Both the position numbers and the translations under genes were made by a program. The notes below the pieces were generated by a model, which saw only the letters and a program-made list of their open reading frames with translations, was not told where the DNA came from and did no database searches. From NCBI GenBank assembly GCA_964057225.1, contig OZ059895.1, positions 6,386,001 through 6,450,000 on the forward strand: DNA of 64,000 nucleotides, in the 5' to 3' direction. This stretch comes from Auanema rhodensis (lineage: Eukaryota; Animalia; Nematoda). Shown in pieces: positions 12,505 to 26,562 of this stretch (the stretch's first letter is position 1; every line of letters begins with the position of its first letter).

Positions 12505-15228
12505 ACCTTTTTCGCTCTCTCTTTCTCACACATAGAAAGATGAGGCAGGGAAGGTGCAAAGATAAAAGATATCGACATATAAAAGACAGGACGAAAGAGA
12601 AAAAGAAGAAAACAAATGAACAATTAAAACTGGAAAAGCCCGCAGAATTTCAAAGATATGAAAATTCGATAAAGTTTCAGGTGTATATAAAAGGTCGGCA
12701 AAGCGGACACAACTGGCTCAACTCTATTCAACTTTTCTATAAAGAGCAAGAACGAATAAAAACGCCTTTCTACCTAGACAAGATATGTTAGTGACAACCG
12801 GGACGTTGGTTGTAAAAGCAAAAAGCTTATCCAGTTTCAGCTGTCAGTGAAGCCTATTTCGGACATACTTGCAAACTTAAGGCTTCCAACTTTGTTATCC
12901 GTAATCATCTGCATATTATTCGATTTGTAGAAGTTTTTCTGTTTGGACAGGATTGCTTAGACAATTGAGAAGAGAAAAATGGCACAACGGAAACGCTGAG
13001 AGCAGAAAGATGTCCGTTTCGATTCAACAATGCTGATCGGCACGAAATGGAAGAAATCATTGCAAAGCCCATCCTGAAATCCACAAACTATGCATCATGT
13101 GCCAGAGAAATAGTAAAACTTGTGGACAAGATAGAAATGGAAAAAACAAATAAATGAGTCACTTCATTGTTTATACTTGTTTTTCAAACATTATCTTTGA
13201 ATTAGTATAAGTGTATATGCAATTTCATCAATGGGAATGATGCAAGTAAAGCTCGGGCAATGCGGTAATGTTGAAAAATTGTGGAAAAGTCTGGAGCTCA
13301 TAAAGGAACACACTGCATCTATTCGACATTTCTTATTCTTTTTACACCATCGGCTTTTTTTTATCTCGCCTGCTCAATCGTTTGTGATTACTCTTACTTA
13401 CTTATTCAATGGCTTTCACTAATTTTGCCGTTAATATCAGAATGATCATAATGATGCTAGCATAATGATTGAAATTGAAATATAATCAGTCTCATTGGCC
13501 ATTTTTCTAATATCAAAAGTCAATATAATCAAAAAGATAAAATAGTCTACCCACAAAACAAAAGACTTTTTTTCTATTCTTCTTATAATATCTTGTAAAG
13601 TGACTAGAGTATCAATAGAATTAGAGATAAAACAAAATGAATGAAACAGAGATAAGTGCGCATAAAAATGCTAAAAAAAAACTTTTAATTGTACAAAACA
13701 GAAAAAAAAACATTTTATATCACAAGTGCTGAGCTATTTCACAATTTGGAATAGCGTGATACAGAAAACACCAATTGCAGTATGTGATCATATATGGCTA
13801 AGAAATAAAGAGAGGGAAAATGAAAACAATGCTGAGATAAACATAATGAATGATAGCCTCGTATTCTATTCCAGCATTTCTATTCATCTTTTACTATTAT
13901 TTCGGATATAGAAGTCCTACTGAGTGATTGAAATGGAGAGCTGGAATGGAGAGAGAAAAGAACCCTGACTTGAGGTAAAGGAACAACAAGTACGTACATT
14001 GAGGACACATGATCAACAGAACTATTTCTCTACTTCTTTGCTTTCATTTTCTTTCTCTATCCCGCTCTCTCTCAATTTTTCTCTTTAGTTCTGTTGTAGT
14101 TTTCACATTTGTCACTCTCGATTTTCTGTTTCTCTCACTGTATAATCCAGAAAGAAGTAATAGCTATTGAAAGATCTTGAAAAACGACACTATGATCATT
14201 TGAGACAAGTAACAAGCTTGTATAAACAGTGTAAAAAGCATGATCAACTTCAAAATCTTTTCAATTTGAATTAAGAAATGTCAACCATATTTTTCCGCTT
14301 TCACTTGCATTCTTCGCATTTTCACTGTTGTGCTATACTTTCAACACCTACGAAGCAGATTGATTAAGTCGTTGGAGGAATATGAAGCCTTTGAATGAAT
14401 ATGAATAGACGGCTGTCGCTCCCAATAAGCTCGCTAAAATTCTCGCTTCCGAAAAACGAAGTATTTTATAAAAACAGAACATATTGACCGTCATTCTATA
14501 TTTAACTCAATAAAGTTGATAATATAGCATTGTGGGTTGAAGACAAGCTTATTCAAATTTTTAGTAGTATAAGAATTTTAGAGGAAAATGAGAGTGAGAT
14601 ATATAAAGAGAAATAAAGGATAAACATACGACGTAAAGGAATAAAGCTAAAACTGTTCTGAACAGACTAAATATGGCTTATGCATGTATTTTCTGTTTTT
14701 GCTCTGTCAACTATAAAGATGCAAGGCAGGCAAGCATGTAAGCATAGGCTCTTCTTATATCCATATTATACTTACCCCCATCCTCTTCTTTAATAGAGAA
14801 AAAATAACGAAAAGTATATAAGGGAAGATGAAAAAAATATATAAAAGGCAGAAAATCCAGCTTAATCATTATATTCAAAAAATAGTAATCATATTGGCGG
14901 TTGACGGCAGCGGTAGTTGCCTTATGAGAAGAGAACACGAAAGGGAAAGAGACACGAAGATAGAAGAGGAACGAAAGAGAGAAAAGAAAGTAGGAATCTT
15001 TTTAGAGCCCATGGTATATGAAAGCAAGATTATGATTCATTTGAAAACAACACACACACACATACATACGCATACACACACACACACAGGACAATCCACA
15101 GGTGTTCTCATCAAGACAGAAATTATTTGCTAACCAGCCAACAAGTTCTGCTTACACCGCTCGCAGCCTTCATGCTTCTAACCCATAAACGAACGCAAAA
15201 AAAAAGAGGGAAAAGGATGGATGGATAG

Positions 15229-15290
15229 AGAGAGAGAGAGAGGGAGAGAGAGAGAGAGAGAGGGAGAGAGAGAGGGAGAGAGGGAGAGAA
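15229..15290. repeat. (GA)n / GGGAGA microsatellite
   Basis: Seen directly in sequence. Confidence 0.9.
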
Positions 15291-18200
15291 AGAAGGGGAT
15301 ATACAACAGCCAGTCACAACATGAGAAAATAGCGAGAGCAATCAGTGGAAAAGCCTGTGTCAAACAAGTGTCTCTGCTTCCACCTGTGGGCATTCAGGTC
15401 CAAATTACTAGTCATAATAACAACTTCTTTCTGGGTACCAAATGAAAAATGGATTTCAACTGCAACAAACTCAACGTTAAGGATACGTAGAATCATTGTA
15501 CACCACGATACACAAATCATGTAATGTATAGTAAAAAGAAATGACGTTGATCAATCTTATGAAACAGAAGACAAAAAAAAAGAAAAGAGGAGTTTGAATC
15601 ATTTATTATTGGTATAATGACATATCCTTAAACTATATGATGATGTTAAGATTTATATTTATTCTATTGATATAAATCCTAAAATATATATTTTTTTGAA
15701 TGGTCATTACTTTCTATATTGGTTGAAAAGAAAAATTCTGAATAAATGCTATCTTTAGCATGGAATGAGATTGGCAAATAGATGTATTAGCAGTTCGAGA
15801 GAAATTGCAATTTCTGTGCTTGGCGGAAAATTATGTAAATTAGCTTGGCGAAGTTTGAACCTATAAAATTGGGAATAGAAGATAGAGAAAAACGAAAAAA
15901 AGAGAGAAATAGATAGAAGATGGTATGAAACTGAAAAGTCAAAAATCGTTTAGTTAGAAAATAATAATCATCATCATCAGCGTCAGTCATCTATTGTACA
16001 TAAACAAACGTGAATTAAGGCAACAATATATCTATTTACTATATCATATATATCATATATATATATATATACATATAGTAATTCAAAACATTAATATTTA
16101 CAGCACATATGAATAGTTTCAAAATATGAAAAGATGAAAAAAGAAAAAGATCAAGCTTTTTCTTGCACTGACAAGCACGGATATATTACCTTCACTGCTG
16201 CAGACTTCAGAAAAATGTAGTTAAAGAGGAAGAAACAAGGAAGGTTAGGAGGAAGAAAGAAAAGGAGAGAGAAGGAAAAACAAGGAGTAATATAGGGAGA
16301 GAGAGAACAGGAACAGAACCGCAACATAGAAATCTGATAGTTTGAGAAGTTGCAGAGATATGCAGAAAAAGCAGGTAATGATAGTCAAACAATTGAAAAA
16401 AAATAGAAACGAAAAGGAAATTTTAAAAAATAAGAAAAGAATTATTATGAGATTTCTCGTTTCAGTTGAAAAATGATGAAAAAAAAAGCCAAAAAAGAAC
16501 TGGAATATAAATAATACATTCAAGTCATTTGTACTTTTTAGGAAGAGGAAGATGAAGATAAGAGAGTAAGTAAAATCATACGCAGAAATGAGGTAGAAAA
16601 AAGAGAAAAATAAAAATGATGAATGAGATAGAGAAAAAAGATGAAAAGAGCAAAGAAGTATTAATAGCCTCGAAATCTCGACCACGTCCTCTACTTCTCT
16701 CTCTCTCCCCCCCCTTTCTCTCTCTCTCCTGTTTTTATTCATATTTCGTTATCCTGCAACTCTCTCATCGTAGTGACGTGCAGATTCATTAGGGATCGAT
16801 GAGATTTCAAAACGTTTAAATAAAACTTGCAATGTGTTTGTGTGTTTCGCAGTTGAAATTGGAATTAAAAGGCAATAAAGCTTCCTGAATTTTGGATCAA
16901 GCATTGAAGTTTTTTTAACACCTTAGCACCATACATAAATTCATTTAAACGTGCATTTCTCTCAGAATCAAAAAATAAAATTCCTGTTCATAATTTTAAA
17001 GTATTTCAAGTTTCAATTATTCATTCTTGTCCCAGTTCTTTCATTTTTCGACTCGCCAGGCTTCAAAAGAAAAATTTGCCAAAAGCTGAGACATATTGTT
17101 CTTCCATACTCGTCCTCCGTTCTCATCTATCGTCTCCTTTTTCTTCTTCCGGTCTTTTCCAAACTTGCAACTGCGAGAATCATGATAACAATATATATTG
17201 TGTCATGAAATTAGAAAGTCAACGAGAGGACGTGAAACCGGAGTAAATGTACTTGGAATATTGTACTAACAATGTTGAATCATGGGCTAATATTAATGAG
17301 ATCACTGCATGAAGGAGTTCTAAAATCGTTATTACTGAATATGACTGACCCAAAACCACATAAGATGCTTGACTGGTTAAATACAAGAAAATGGTCGTCA
17401 AATTTGGTAATAATAACCCTCAAGGTAATAATAGGTCTTCATTTGCTCTTATTGAACTCAAAGCCAGGATAGCTTAGAAGCAAAAACTACATTATGGACG
17501 TTATGAACACCTAATCAGATTGCGACAGAGCAAAAAAGAAATTTAATGGAAGAAATGCTGTAATTTCCGTTTTGTTCAAGAAAATTCGAAAAGTTTCACC
17601 ACGAAATAAGAAAGGCAATTCAAAATAATATAATTCGTTGATAATAAAACGAAAAACTGTGAGTCTCAAACGAAAATTTCAGAGTGTATTGCTTCTCATC
17701 ACGTGAAGCAAGTGGAAAAATTATCGTGTTTGTGGTATAGTATAGGTCAATCGTCAAGCTGATTTTTGTTTATATGTAAGAGTCAGGAAAATGATGGCTT
17801 GCTCAAGCTACTACCTCTCTCATGTTGACGAGACACATGATCTCAATCCAATGCGGTCATTATGATGAATACTTCGAAGAAAAAAAAAGGATTAGGATAA
17901 ATTGATTTAACGAAAAGAATTGAAATTAAAAGAATAATGGAACAAGAAAATGTAAAAGCTGTTGACAAGGATAAGCACAATTAATAAAATAAATAATTTT
18001 ATTGATTACATATTAATATGGGCCAAAACAAGCTTATATTTAAGAAAAATATGTGTATATATATAGATAGATATAGATATACATGACCACCAACAGCAAA
18101 TGGGGGATTGCTCTGAATATTATACGGAATAAGTCATGAGTGTTATCAGTTGACAAGCTCAATGATGGCAACTACAAAGCTTGGACAGCTCATTTATCGG

Positions 18201-21200
18201 AAAATTTGGGAGAGTAGAAGGGGATATATAGAGCGGGAAATTATGAAAGCCAATGAGATATAAAGAGAATGCAGGAGAATTGTAGATACAACATTTAAGA
18301 TTAGGAAACACTCCTCCAAGTTATTATTTCTAATACATGACGACGTGAAAGAGCACATTCGAATAAAAAAATTGTAAAAAAGGTGCTACATATCCGAAAA
18401 TGAATATATTGAAAAGCAAGTGAGTCGAGGCAAACAGAAAGTATGATTAAATATATAGAAACTGTATATCTCAATTCGGTATTTTTCCTCAATTGAGACT
18501 TTGGAAAAAAATTGTTCAAGTTATGATTCTGTTGTTAACATCTCGCCCTTTGAATAAAATCATAACATCTTGTGGCAAAAGCCATGAAAACATCCTGTTG
18601 AGAAGATGCCTGAATAGCTTTATTCAATCTACTGATCAAGCTAATCAACTACGCACAAGGTTTCTCGAATTAAGGAACACAAAAAGCAACGAGTATACAA
18701 ATACTAATGAGATGTCAAAAGAAACAAGTAGATTTGACTTGCACACACAGAAAGAATATGAATAAATCTCTGAGTAAAACGAGGGGTAAACCATGAAGGT
18801 CTCGTCTTTAGTTATCGTTTTTTTCTTGCTAGTAGCCAAAAGTTGTTCTGTTGGGGTTAACAAACAAATAAGAATAGTGAAATGAGGTTAAGAGGGAAAG
18901 TGAAGAACGGGAAATGAGCTGTCAATTGAAACATGAAAACGTTTACTGCTATTACTTTAAGGTTGCCTACGGCAACATACAATTTTGCGATCGAAATCTC
19001 GATTATGCAAGAAAAAGATGGTGATAGCATGAAATATATTGAAATATATTCATATGCACATATACGTGATCAATTTTCAGAACTCTTTGACGTAAAGTAA
19101 AATGAAGAAAGAAAGAAATAAGTGAAATGAAAACTGAACGTATACAATGACAACCAATGAAGGTTGGAAGGCGGCATTACGCACGTGTAGATGAGGTTGT
19201 CCTGAGAAATCTCGTTGACAACCAGGTATGGAATTGAAACAAGAGAGAAAGCATAACATGCCGAGAGAGAAATATTGGACAATGAAAATGAACTATATAT
19301 TCTAGAGCTCAAAAAAGCAAAAACAAAGGAAGAAAAAATGAAAAAATAGGCAAATACTCGTGTATTTCTCATTTATCCCATATTTTTGTGCTCTCTCATC
19401 CTCGCACGGCCTCTTGCAGTACACACTGAATATCCAGTTCGTTTTTTTTTCGTTTTTCTTTCCGAAAGAGAAGGTGAAAAGAGAGTCACAAATGAAATTC
19501 AGCTCAAAAGCTCAAATATGGATTTGATACTATAATTGACTGCAGTTTTTTTTTCTTTTTGTTAATATCAAACTAATGAATCCAGAACATTAAAATTCAT
19601 TCTTTACGATAAAGAGACCCATAGATATACTATGAGTATATCATAAAGAAAACAGAAAGAGAACAAATACATTTAATGATGGTAAGAAAATCGAAAACAA
19701 AAAATGTTATGAATAGTAAGGAGAAATAGAAATAAAATAAGACTTAGAGAATAAAGCAAACGAGCATCTTTTACAAGCATTTGTGAGCTTCGTAAGCCAA
19801 AATGAACAGATAAGGCTAGTATGGCTCTGTCGTGGCAGGAAGAGATAGATGGAGGAAACGAGACAGATACATGAAGCAGGTCTTGGCTCGAAAAACAGCC
19901 TGCCGGTCACAGCATGTCGGTCGGTTATGCCAGCAAGAGAAGTATTGTTAGCATTCATTTTAGAATAGAAAACGGCAGTCGATTCTTTTTTTTCCAAAAC
20001 GAGGGTTTAGCAAAAGAAGAAAACAAGAGAAATCTAGCGAGTTAAAGATTTTCCTCTATTAGCTTTACTTTCACATTAGAATCTTACAAACAATCAAAAA
20101 TCTCAACAGTTTATGAAGATACAAAGACAAGAGCAGAAAATGGAAGTGAATTCAATCAGTGCTCATGGTCAATGGCCCGACAAACAGAGCACACCAGAGA
20201 ATGCTGCAATTCAAGAAATTGAAATAGCTCATTGGAACATTCAGAAAAATTCCGGATGAAAGATTGGAATTCCATTTCTATAGATATAATGATTAAGACC
20301 AAGCGAAAAAGGGCTAATGAGAAAGAACTGCGCAAATCAGCACCGCTAATCAACGATATCATGAGAATTCATAGAAAATGGATATATTTAAAATAATATA
20401 ACAGATAGAACATAAAGAAGAATCAATTTTATAGAGAATAGAAATGAAAAGGGATAAAACCGATGAGAATAAGCCAAGAGCAGTGAGAAAAAGATTTAGA
20501 GAAAAAAAAAGAAATTTGAGAAAACGATAAAAATAAATTTTGTCTGTTAAGGAAGAAGGCTTTATTTATGAAACCAAAGCCGAATCTTGAACTATCATCA
20601 CCCTAACTTCCTTACGAGCAACATGTGGGCTTTTTTCTTCTTTAATTCATTTTTCTTCTAACTTCTATACTGCTATTTATCTAATTGAGGGGACGTCATG
20701 AACGCTACGGCATGAATGAAGCCTTAAGCAAGCATGAAACGATGATACAGAATTGATTCATTTGTCTTTCATCAAGAAAAATCGTTAGTTAGCTCATATT
20801 ACGAATTAATTTTGTATGTGATTCGATTTATTGACTTATAAAGATTTCTTAAACTATTCTGCAATCGTAACTAATCAAACGAGAAGCTTAGCGCGTATCG
20901 GCTACCGATGTACTTTCATACTTTTGTTTTTGAAGCAACTTCATCTGACTTCTCTTCATTACTAGTTGTTCAATAGTAGAACGATCCGGAACTGAGCTTC
21001 ACTCTCTCATCATCATTTTCGTACTTTTAATTACCAGTCATCATGGTTCACATACTAGATGATTCTGTTTACATTTCCTCCAATAGCTGTAGATTGTCGG
21101 AAATTAAAGACTATATTGTTTTCCTTGGAGAATAGCTAACTTGACTGCAATTTGAAACATGCATCCTCATATATATCTATCTATCTATATATACATATTT

Positions 21201-22677
21201 TTTTCTTCCTCTAGTTTTTCGTATTATTTGATAAGTAACAGATAAGCATTAAATCAAACTAACAGAACAGTAGGAAGATAGAAGACTGACAAAAAAACTG
21301 ATGAAAAAATAAAACAAATAAACTATAAGAAAAAGATGGGAAAGATGAAAATATAAAATGGCAATAGTAATAGATCGTAATAGTAGTCTATACTGCACTT
21401 TTAATAATATTTTCACAATAAAAAAAGTAAATGATCATATAAGGAAGAAGTAGAAGAAGATGACATATATGAAACTAAATATATAAATAAATTCCCTATG
21501 TACTCAGAAGTTTGTGATAATTAGTGTTGTCAACAGCTAAGCATTACTAAAAGCAGAATTAAAAGTACAGGAGCGCAATTCGATTCGTTATATTCTATGA
21601 GAAATTAATATAGATCTATTTTAACAAAAATTGAGTAAAAAACTTAATTATAGCTAATTTTAAGTTGGAGAAAAAGAGAAAAATTTTTATATTGAAATGC
21701 TCCTTCAATTACTTTCTCATTAGATTTGGCGTCAGCAATCGAATATATTTATATAGAATTATGCCTATGTACGCTTTTCAATGTTAAAAATTAAGGAAAA
21801 CTATGCACGGGGGAATATTTCTCATTTTCGCAATAAATCAATTTTGTATTTATATTTATTTTCCTAAATACAAAACAAATTTTTATATAACAATTCAATT
21901 TGTTCAAAAAGCTAGCTGGCTAACGTCATAAGAAAAAAACAGTTCATTACATTGAAATCAATGCAAATGAAGAACGAACCAAAGTAATGGGTTATAAATG
22001 TAACTGAAACATGACCACGTATACATAGAAAAATGAATAATTTTTAGCTTTTTCTATTTTTATTATATATATATATATATATATATATTTAGGTGAATAA
22101 TATTTCGCATAACTACGAGATAAATCAATTGGTTAAGACAGAAAGAAATATGATGACGTTCGATATGTGCAATCGTCAAAAGCCTATACTTGGTTCAGAA
22201 ATACATGCTCAGATCAATCACAAGTAAAATACAACATTGAGAAAATGGAAAGAGATGGAAAAAGAGAAAAAGAAAAAAGAAATTTGAAGATTAACATATG
22301 CAAATGTACAGATGAGACTAGGATGTAAATACATATCCCACACATTTCAATATATATATTAATACATTGGGGTATAGAATATAAGAGAAAAAAATGAAAG
22401 TTCGTGAAAACTAATGCAATAAGTAGAGAAAAAAAGAAATATATTTTAGCCGGATGAAGTAGCAGCAAAACGGATTTGGAGCTTTTCTTAGATCTCGACG
22501 AATTTTCTAAAAAGGCTAAGAGTGAGCTCACGGACTTTATATATGTGTACGTATGTATGACTGCAAAGATGAGGGGGAATAAGGATGTGGCAAAGATTGA
22601 GTGTGAGAGAGGCCCAGAAGTGAGGAAAGACTGGAAGATGAGGGTGGAGTAGATGTAGAGAACTTTGAGAGAGGAAA

Positions 22678-22708
<31 letters not shown>

Positions 22709-25700
22709 GCGGTATAGATATTTGAATGAAAGCATATGAGGTAGATGCATGGTTAGATGTTTATTTTATATTTTCATTCCCGCTCGTATACAGCTGATGA
22801 TGACATAAGAAGACAAGTGACACGAGATAACCAGGAGAAAGCGACTATATTAGCTGAGAACAAAACTAAGAAGCTAAAACTAGAGTTGGAAAAAAAGATT
22901 TCATGATGACACAAGGAAGAAATGTGAGACAGCAAGCAAGAATGATAGAGACAAACAGAACTGAGTTGGGAGTTGAGAGAGAGAGAGAAATTTTGTCTGA
23001 GTATGTTATCGATAGCTAAATCTCATAATAAATGTAAAGAAGTGTTAATGTCAGTTAGAATCATAGGGCATAGCTCGTGCTCACTTTAGCAAGACAACTC
23101 TTAGTTTTATGAATAACAAGAGTGTAGTGAATTCGTAGAATATTACTTTGAATACACCTGACATACATCGCTGTCATAGATGTTCCAGGCTACAGATATG
23201 CAATGTAGAGCCTCACAAATGATAATCAGTGCAAGCTACGGATGATTTGCGAAAAAAGGGTATACGAGATGTGTTATAGGATAGGAACGATGTTAACAAC
23301 ATGAACAGCAGAAAGTTTGATGACTGCAACATGAAATCGCCCAAACTCGCCGGCGACAGAAGTATGAACGAGAAAGAAGGAGAATAAGAACGGAAGGCTA
23401 GGTAGGAAGCGAAAGATATGAGCAGACAGACAGCAAAGCATAGAGACGGATATACAAAGAGGGAAGCGGAAAAGAGAAAATGACATAAATTTTTCTTGTT
23501 TAATCCATTCAATTTTATGGCACAAAAAGTTTCCAAGCCTGTGCCAGAATGACAAATGGCAAAACTCAATGATGAAAATAGCGACCTAGCAAACAATTGG
23601 AATTTGTTAGTTTCAAGTAATCGACCATCTGATGTACAAACATTTGTTGAAATTTAGTCAGTATTCGAGACTTTTCTTGTTAATAAACTTAGATGCTCAC
23701 TAGAAATAAAATATATAAAGAGATGGAAATGGGACATAGAGAAGAAGGAAGAGAAAAAAGATGAAGAGAAGGAGGAGGCAGGCAATGTTGCTAGAGCAAA
23801 CGAGTAAGATATGACCAGGTTTGCTCTCCTGGTTTGTTACACTATTTCATTTTGTTCAGATAGTCTGGCCAAACTCTAGTTCACTTTTAATCCTACTTGA
23901 TCTCTTGAAGTCAGCTTGCTCTCTGAATTACATCTTGATTTTTCTCCTAAAAAAGGCGACGTTTGGTCGCGAAGTTGGAAGAAGATATGCAGTAGTGACT
24001 CTCGCAGAACCAGAGTTTAGAGAAGGGAAGTGAGAACAGACACGATATGCTTAAACTCCATTGAACTGAGAAGACTGAGAAGAATGAAAAGAGAAAAGGA
24101 GATGGAGACAAAAAGAAAATGAGAGAAATGGATCCTTATTTGGATCATTGGAATTAAAAAGCCGACGAAACACAATGATACAAAAGCTGAATTTGGCGGA
24201 CGAAATATGAAAACTAAAATAGAAAATCTGAGAAAATCATAGAGAGCTAGATAAATACAAATTAATGGAAACAGAAAAATGTATTATAATATATGCATGA
24301 ATATTTACTTGATGTTGGTCATCACATATGGTCATTATGTGAAGGACTAGTGAACCAAAATAATTTCAAAACACAGAATAGGTAATTGCATAGAATGTGA
24401 GAAATAGTTAAAGCTCAAAAAGAAAATCAAAAATTCACGGATAAAATTGAATGAAATAAACAAGAAAAATTAAGGAACAAAAAAAATGACCGTTTTTTTA
24501 AAGAGCCATAGCTTCAACTATTATGCATTTCAGATATTAAATAAATGATTAAAAACAAAGAACAAAGACAAATATCAAGAGAAAAAGGTGAAAATTTCCT
24601 GATTCAGAAGTCGACTGTCTTGCTTTCATCAATTGTCTCAATCATCCCGCTTGGCATATGACCCGCATCCTATACTTTGACTCAAAAGAGATATGACGGC
24701 ATTATACGGCCCCCAAGCGGAAGCAGTTCGCTTAAAATGATTATTGGCCTCGTTCGAAAGAGAAAAGAACTTGACGAAAATGAAAAATAATCAAAATATT
24801 TGCTTAACATCATCTATTTCATTATTTCATTCCTTGTTTCTGTTTCCATTATCTTCTCGCTCTATCCAGTTCATTTCCTGATTCTTCTTGCATTAACCGG
24901 GTATAGAGATGCTGCAGCACACCCATAGTAGGATCTATGTGAGCAGGGGCCATAACGATAATTAGAAATTGAGAAGCTGAATAGCTAGGTCCACATCACG
25001 AAAGGAGAAAAAGATATTCCGGTGGTAACCGAAAGCAGTAGCAGCTTAGCACTACTGTTCGCCCTCGTTTCTCATTCTCCATCGTATCTTCAGTACTTGT
25101 ACCAAAAGAGAAGAACTTCGCCATATATAAAAAATGGCAAAAATAGCGAAAGCGAAGAAATGAATAGAAGTCAAGAAAACTTCAGTATACTAAGCAAATG
25201 TGTCCGCTCTCCTTGATGAAAATGAGAAGAGGGCAGACAGACGAAAACGTATATTGAATTGAAATGAAATGAACGTAACGAAAGTCAGTTAAAATAGGAG
25301 TAGACGTTAGGCAACAACTTGGAACAGCCAAAGGGTTTGAGAACTAGGAGTATGCGACTACTGGCTAGCAGAATGATGGGGCTTCAAATAGAAGGCGGAG
25401 CGGAGACGAATAGGAAGGATGGATATGGGCTGCCAATGTACGCCACAAAACACACACATATATTTTTTTTCTCGAGCATAGTTATAGTTATAAAGATTAA
25501 GCATGATTTATTGGTTGTTTTACTGTTTCCAATGAATGCCATGTTTGAACTGACGCTGTCGATTGTAGAAAACATAACTCATTAAGATGATAGTAAGGGA
25601 AAATGGATTATTGAGGATGATAAGAAAGGAGAAAAAACTTGAGAGGGGTTAAACAATATCAAAGACAGCCAACATATTATTGTTCTAGGCGACCCGAATT

Positions 25701-26562
25701 GAATAACGTCCGCAGGCAATTTGCAGAATTATAGGAAGGAAAACAAAAAACCGAAAATGAGAGATAGAGATACGAAATATTGAAGAAAAAATGAGCCAAA
25801 CTAGTGCGTATAGCCATAGCATGTGAAGTGAATAGAATTGGAAGAAGCAGCTTGTTCAGAGGTCAACCGTAGCAATAACGCAAATAACTGCAACACAGAA
25901 ATAGCAGCAAAAGAAAGACTAAGTATTTGGGAAAAAAAAGTAACATTTACTTAACAATATCAAAGTGAATTTCATTCGAATTATCCTCAATTAAATCTTA
26001 TCATGTGAGAAAGTGATCATCTCCACTTAGTTAGATCATGTTGCAAAGCACATACGTTTTCAATTATCGGTTATATAGCTTAGTATATGAGATATTCACT
26101 ATAAAGCTATTTATAGATAATATTAATCTATATATAGTATTCTATATATGCATTCATAATATGTGATAGATTTATAAGAAAAGTAGTAGAGAAAAAATAG
26201 GAGAGTCCAACATCGAAACGAGAGTATCTGGTCTACATATAAACAAACAACAATTGAAAGTCAGAGAGAAAAACAGAGTAATTGCTTGTTAAATAATTAT
26301 TTAAAGCAATAGTTAATTATATTATATTTTGTTTTAATGAAGTCCACTAGGAGATCAACTCCCACATTTGATTTTTGTCAAGTTGGAAAATTTTCTTATT
26401 CATTATAACAAGCCCACGTAAAATCAATTGAAATAAGTCCAATACAATTATACCCTTTTGTATGAATTAGGTATTTAAATATTAGTTTTGTTTTTTTTGA
26501 TTAGAATTAAGTATCAAAATGTGATTAGACTACATTTTAGAATAATTCAAAAAGTAGCGCAC

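Noticed and set aside
14775-14938. ORF ending at a GTAAGT donor in phase 1
   Set aside because: Low-complexity composition, no convincing acceptor and no true ATG context.
15151-15185. Possible micro-exon MKAASG
   Set aside because: The acceptor is weak (GGGTTAG), and such matches are expected by chance.
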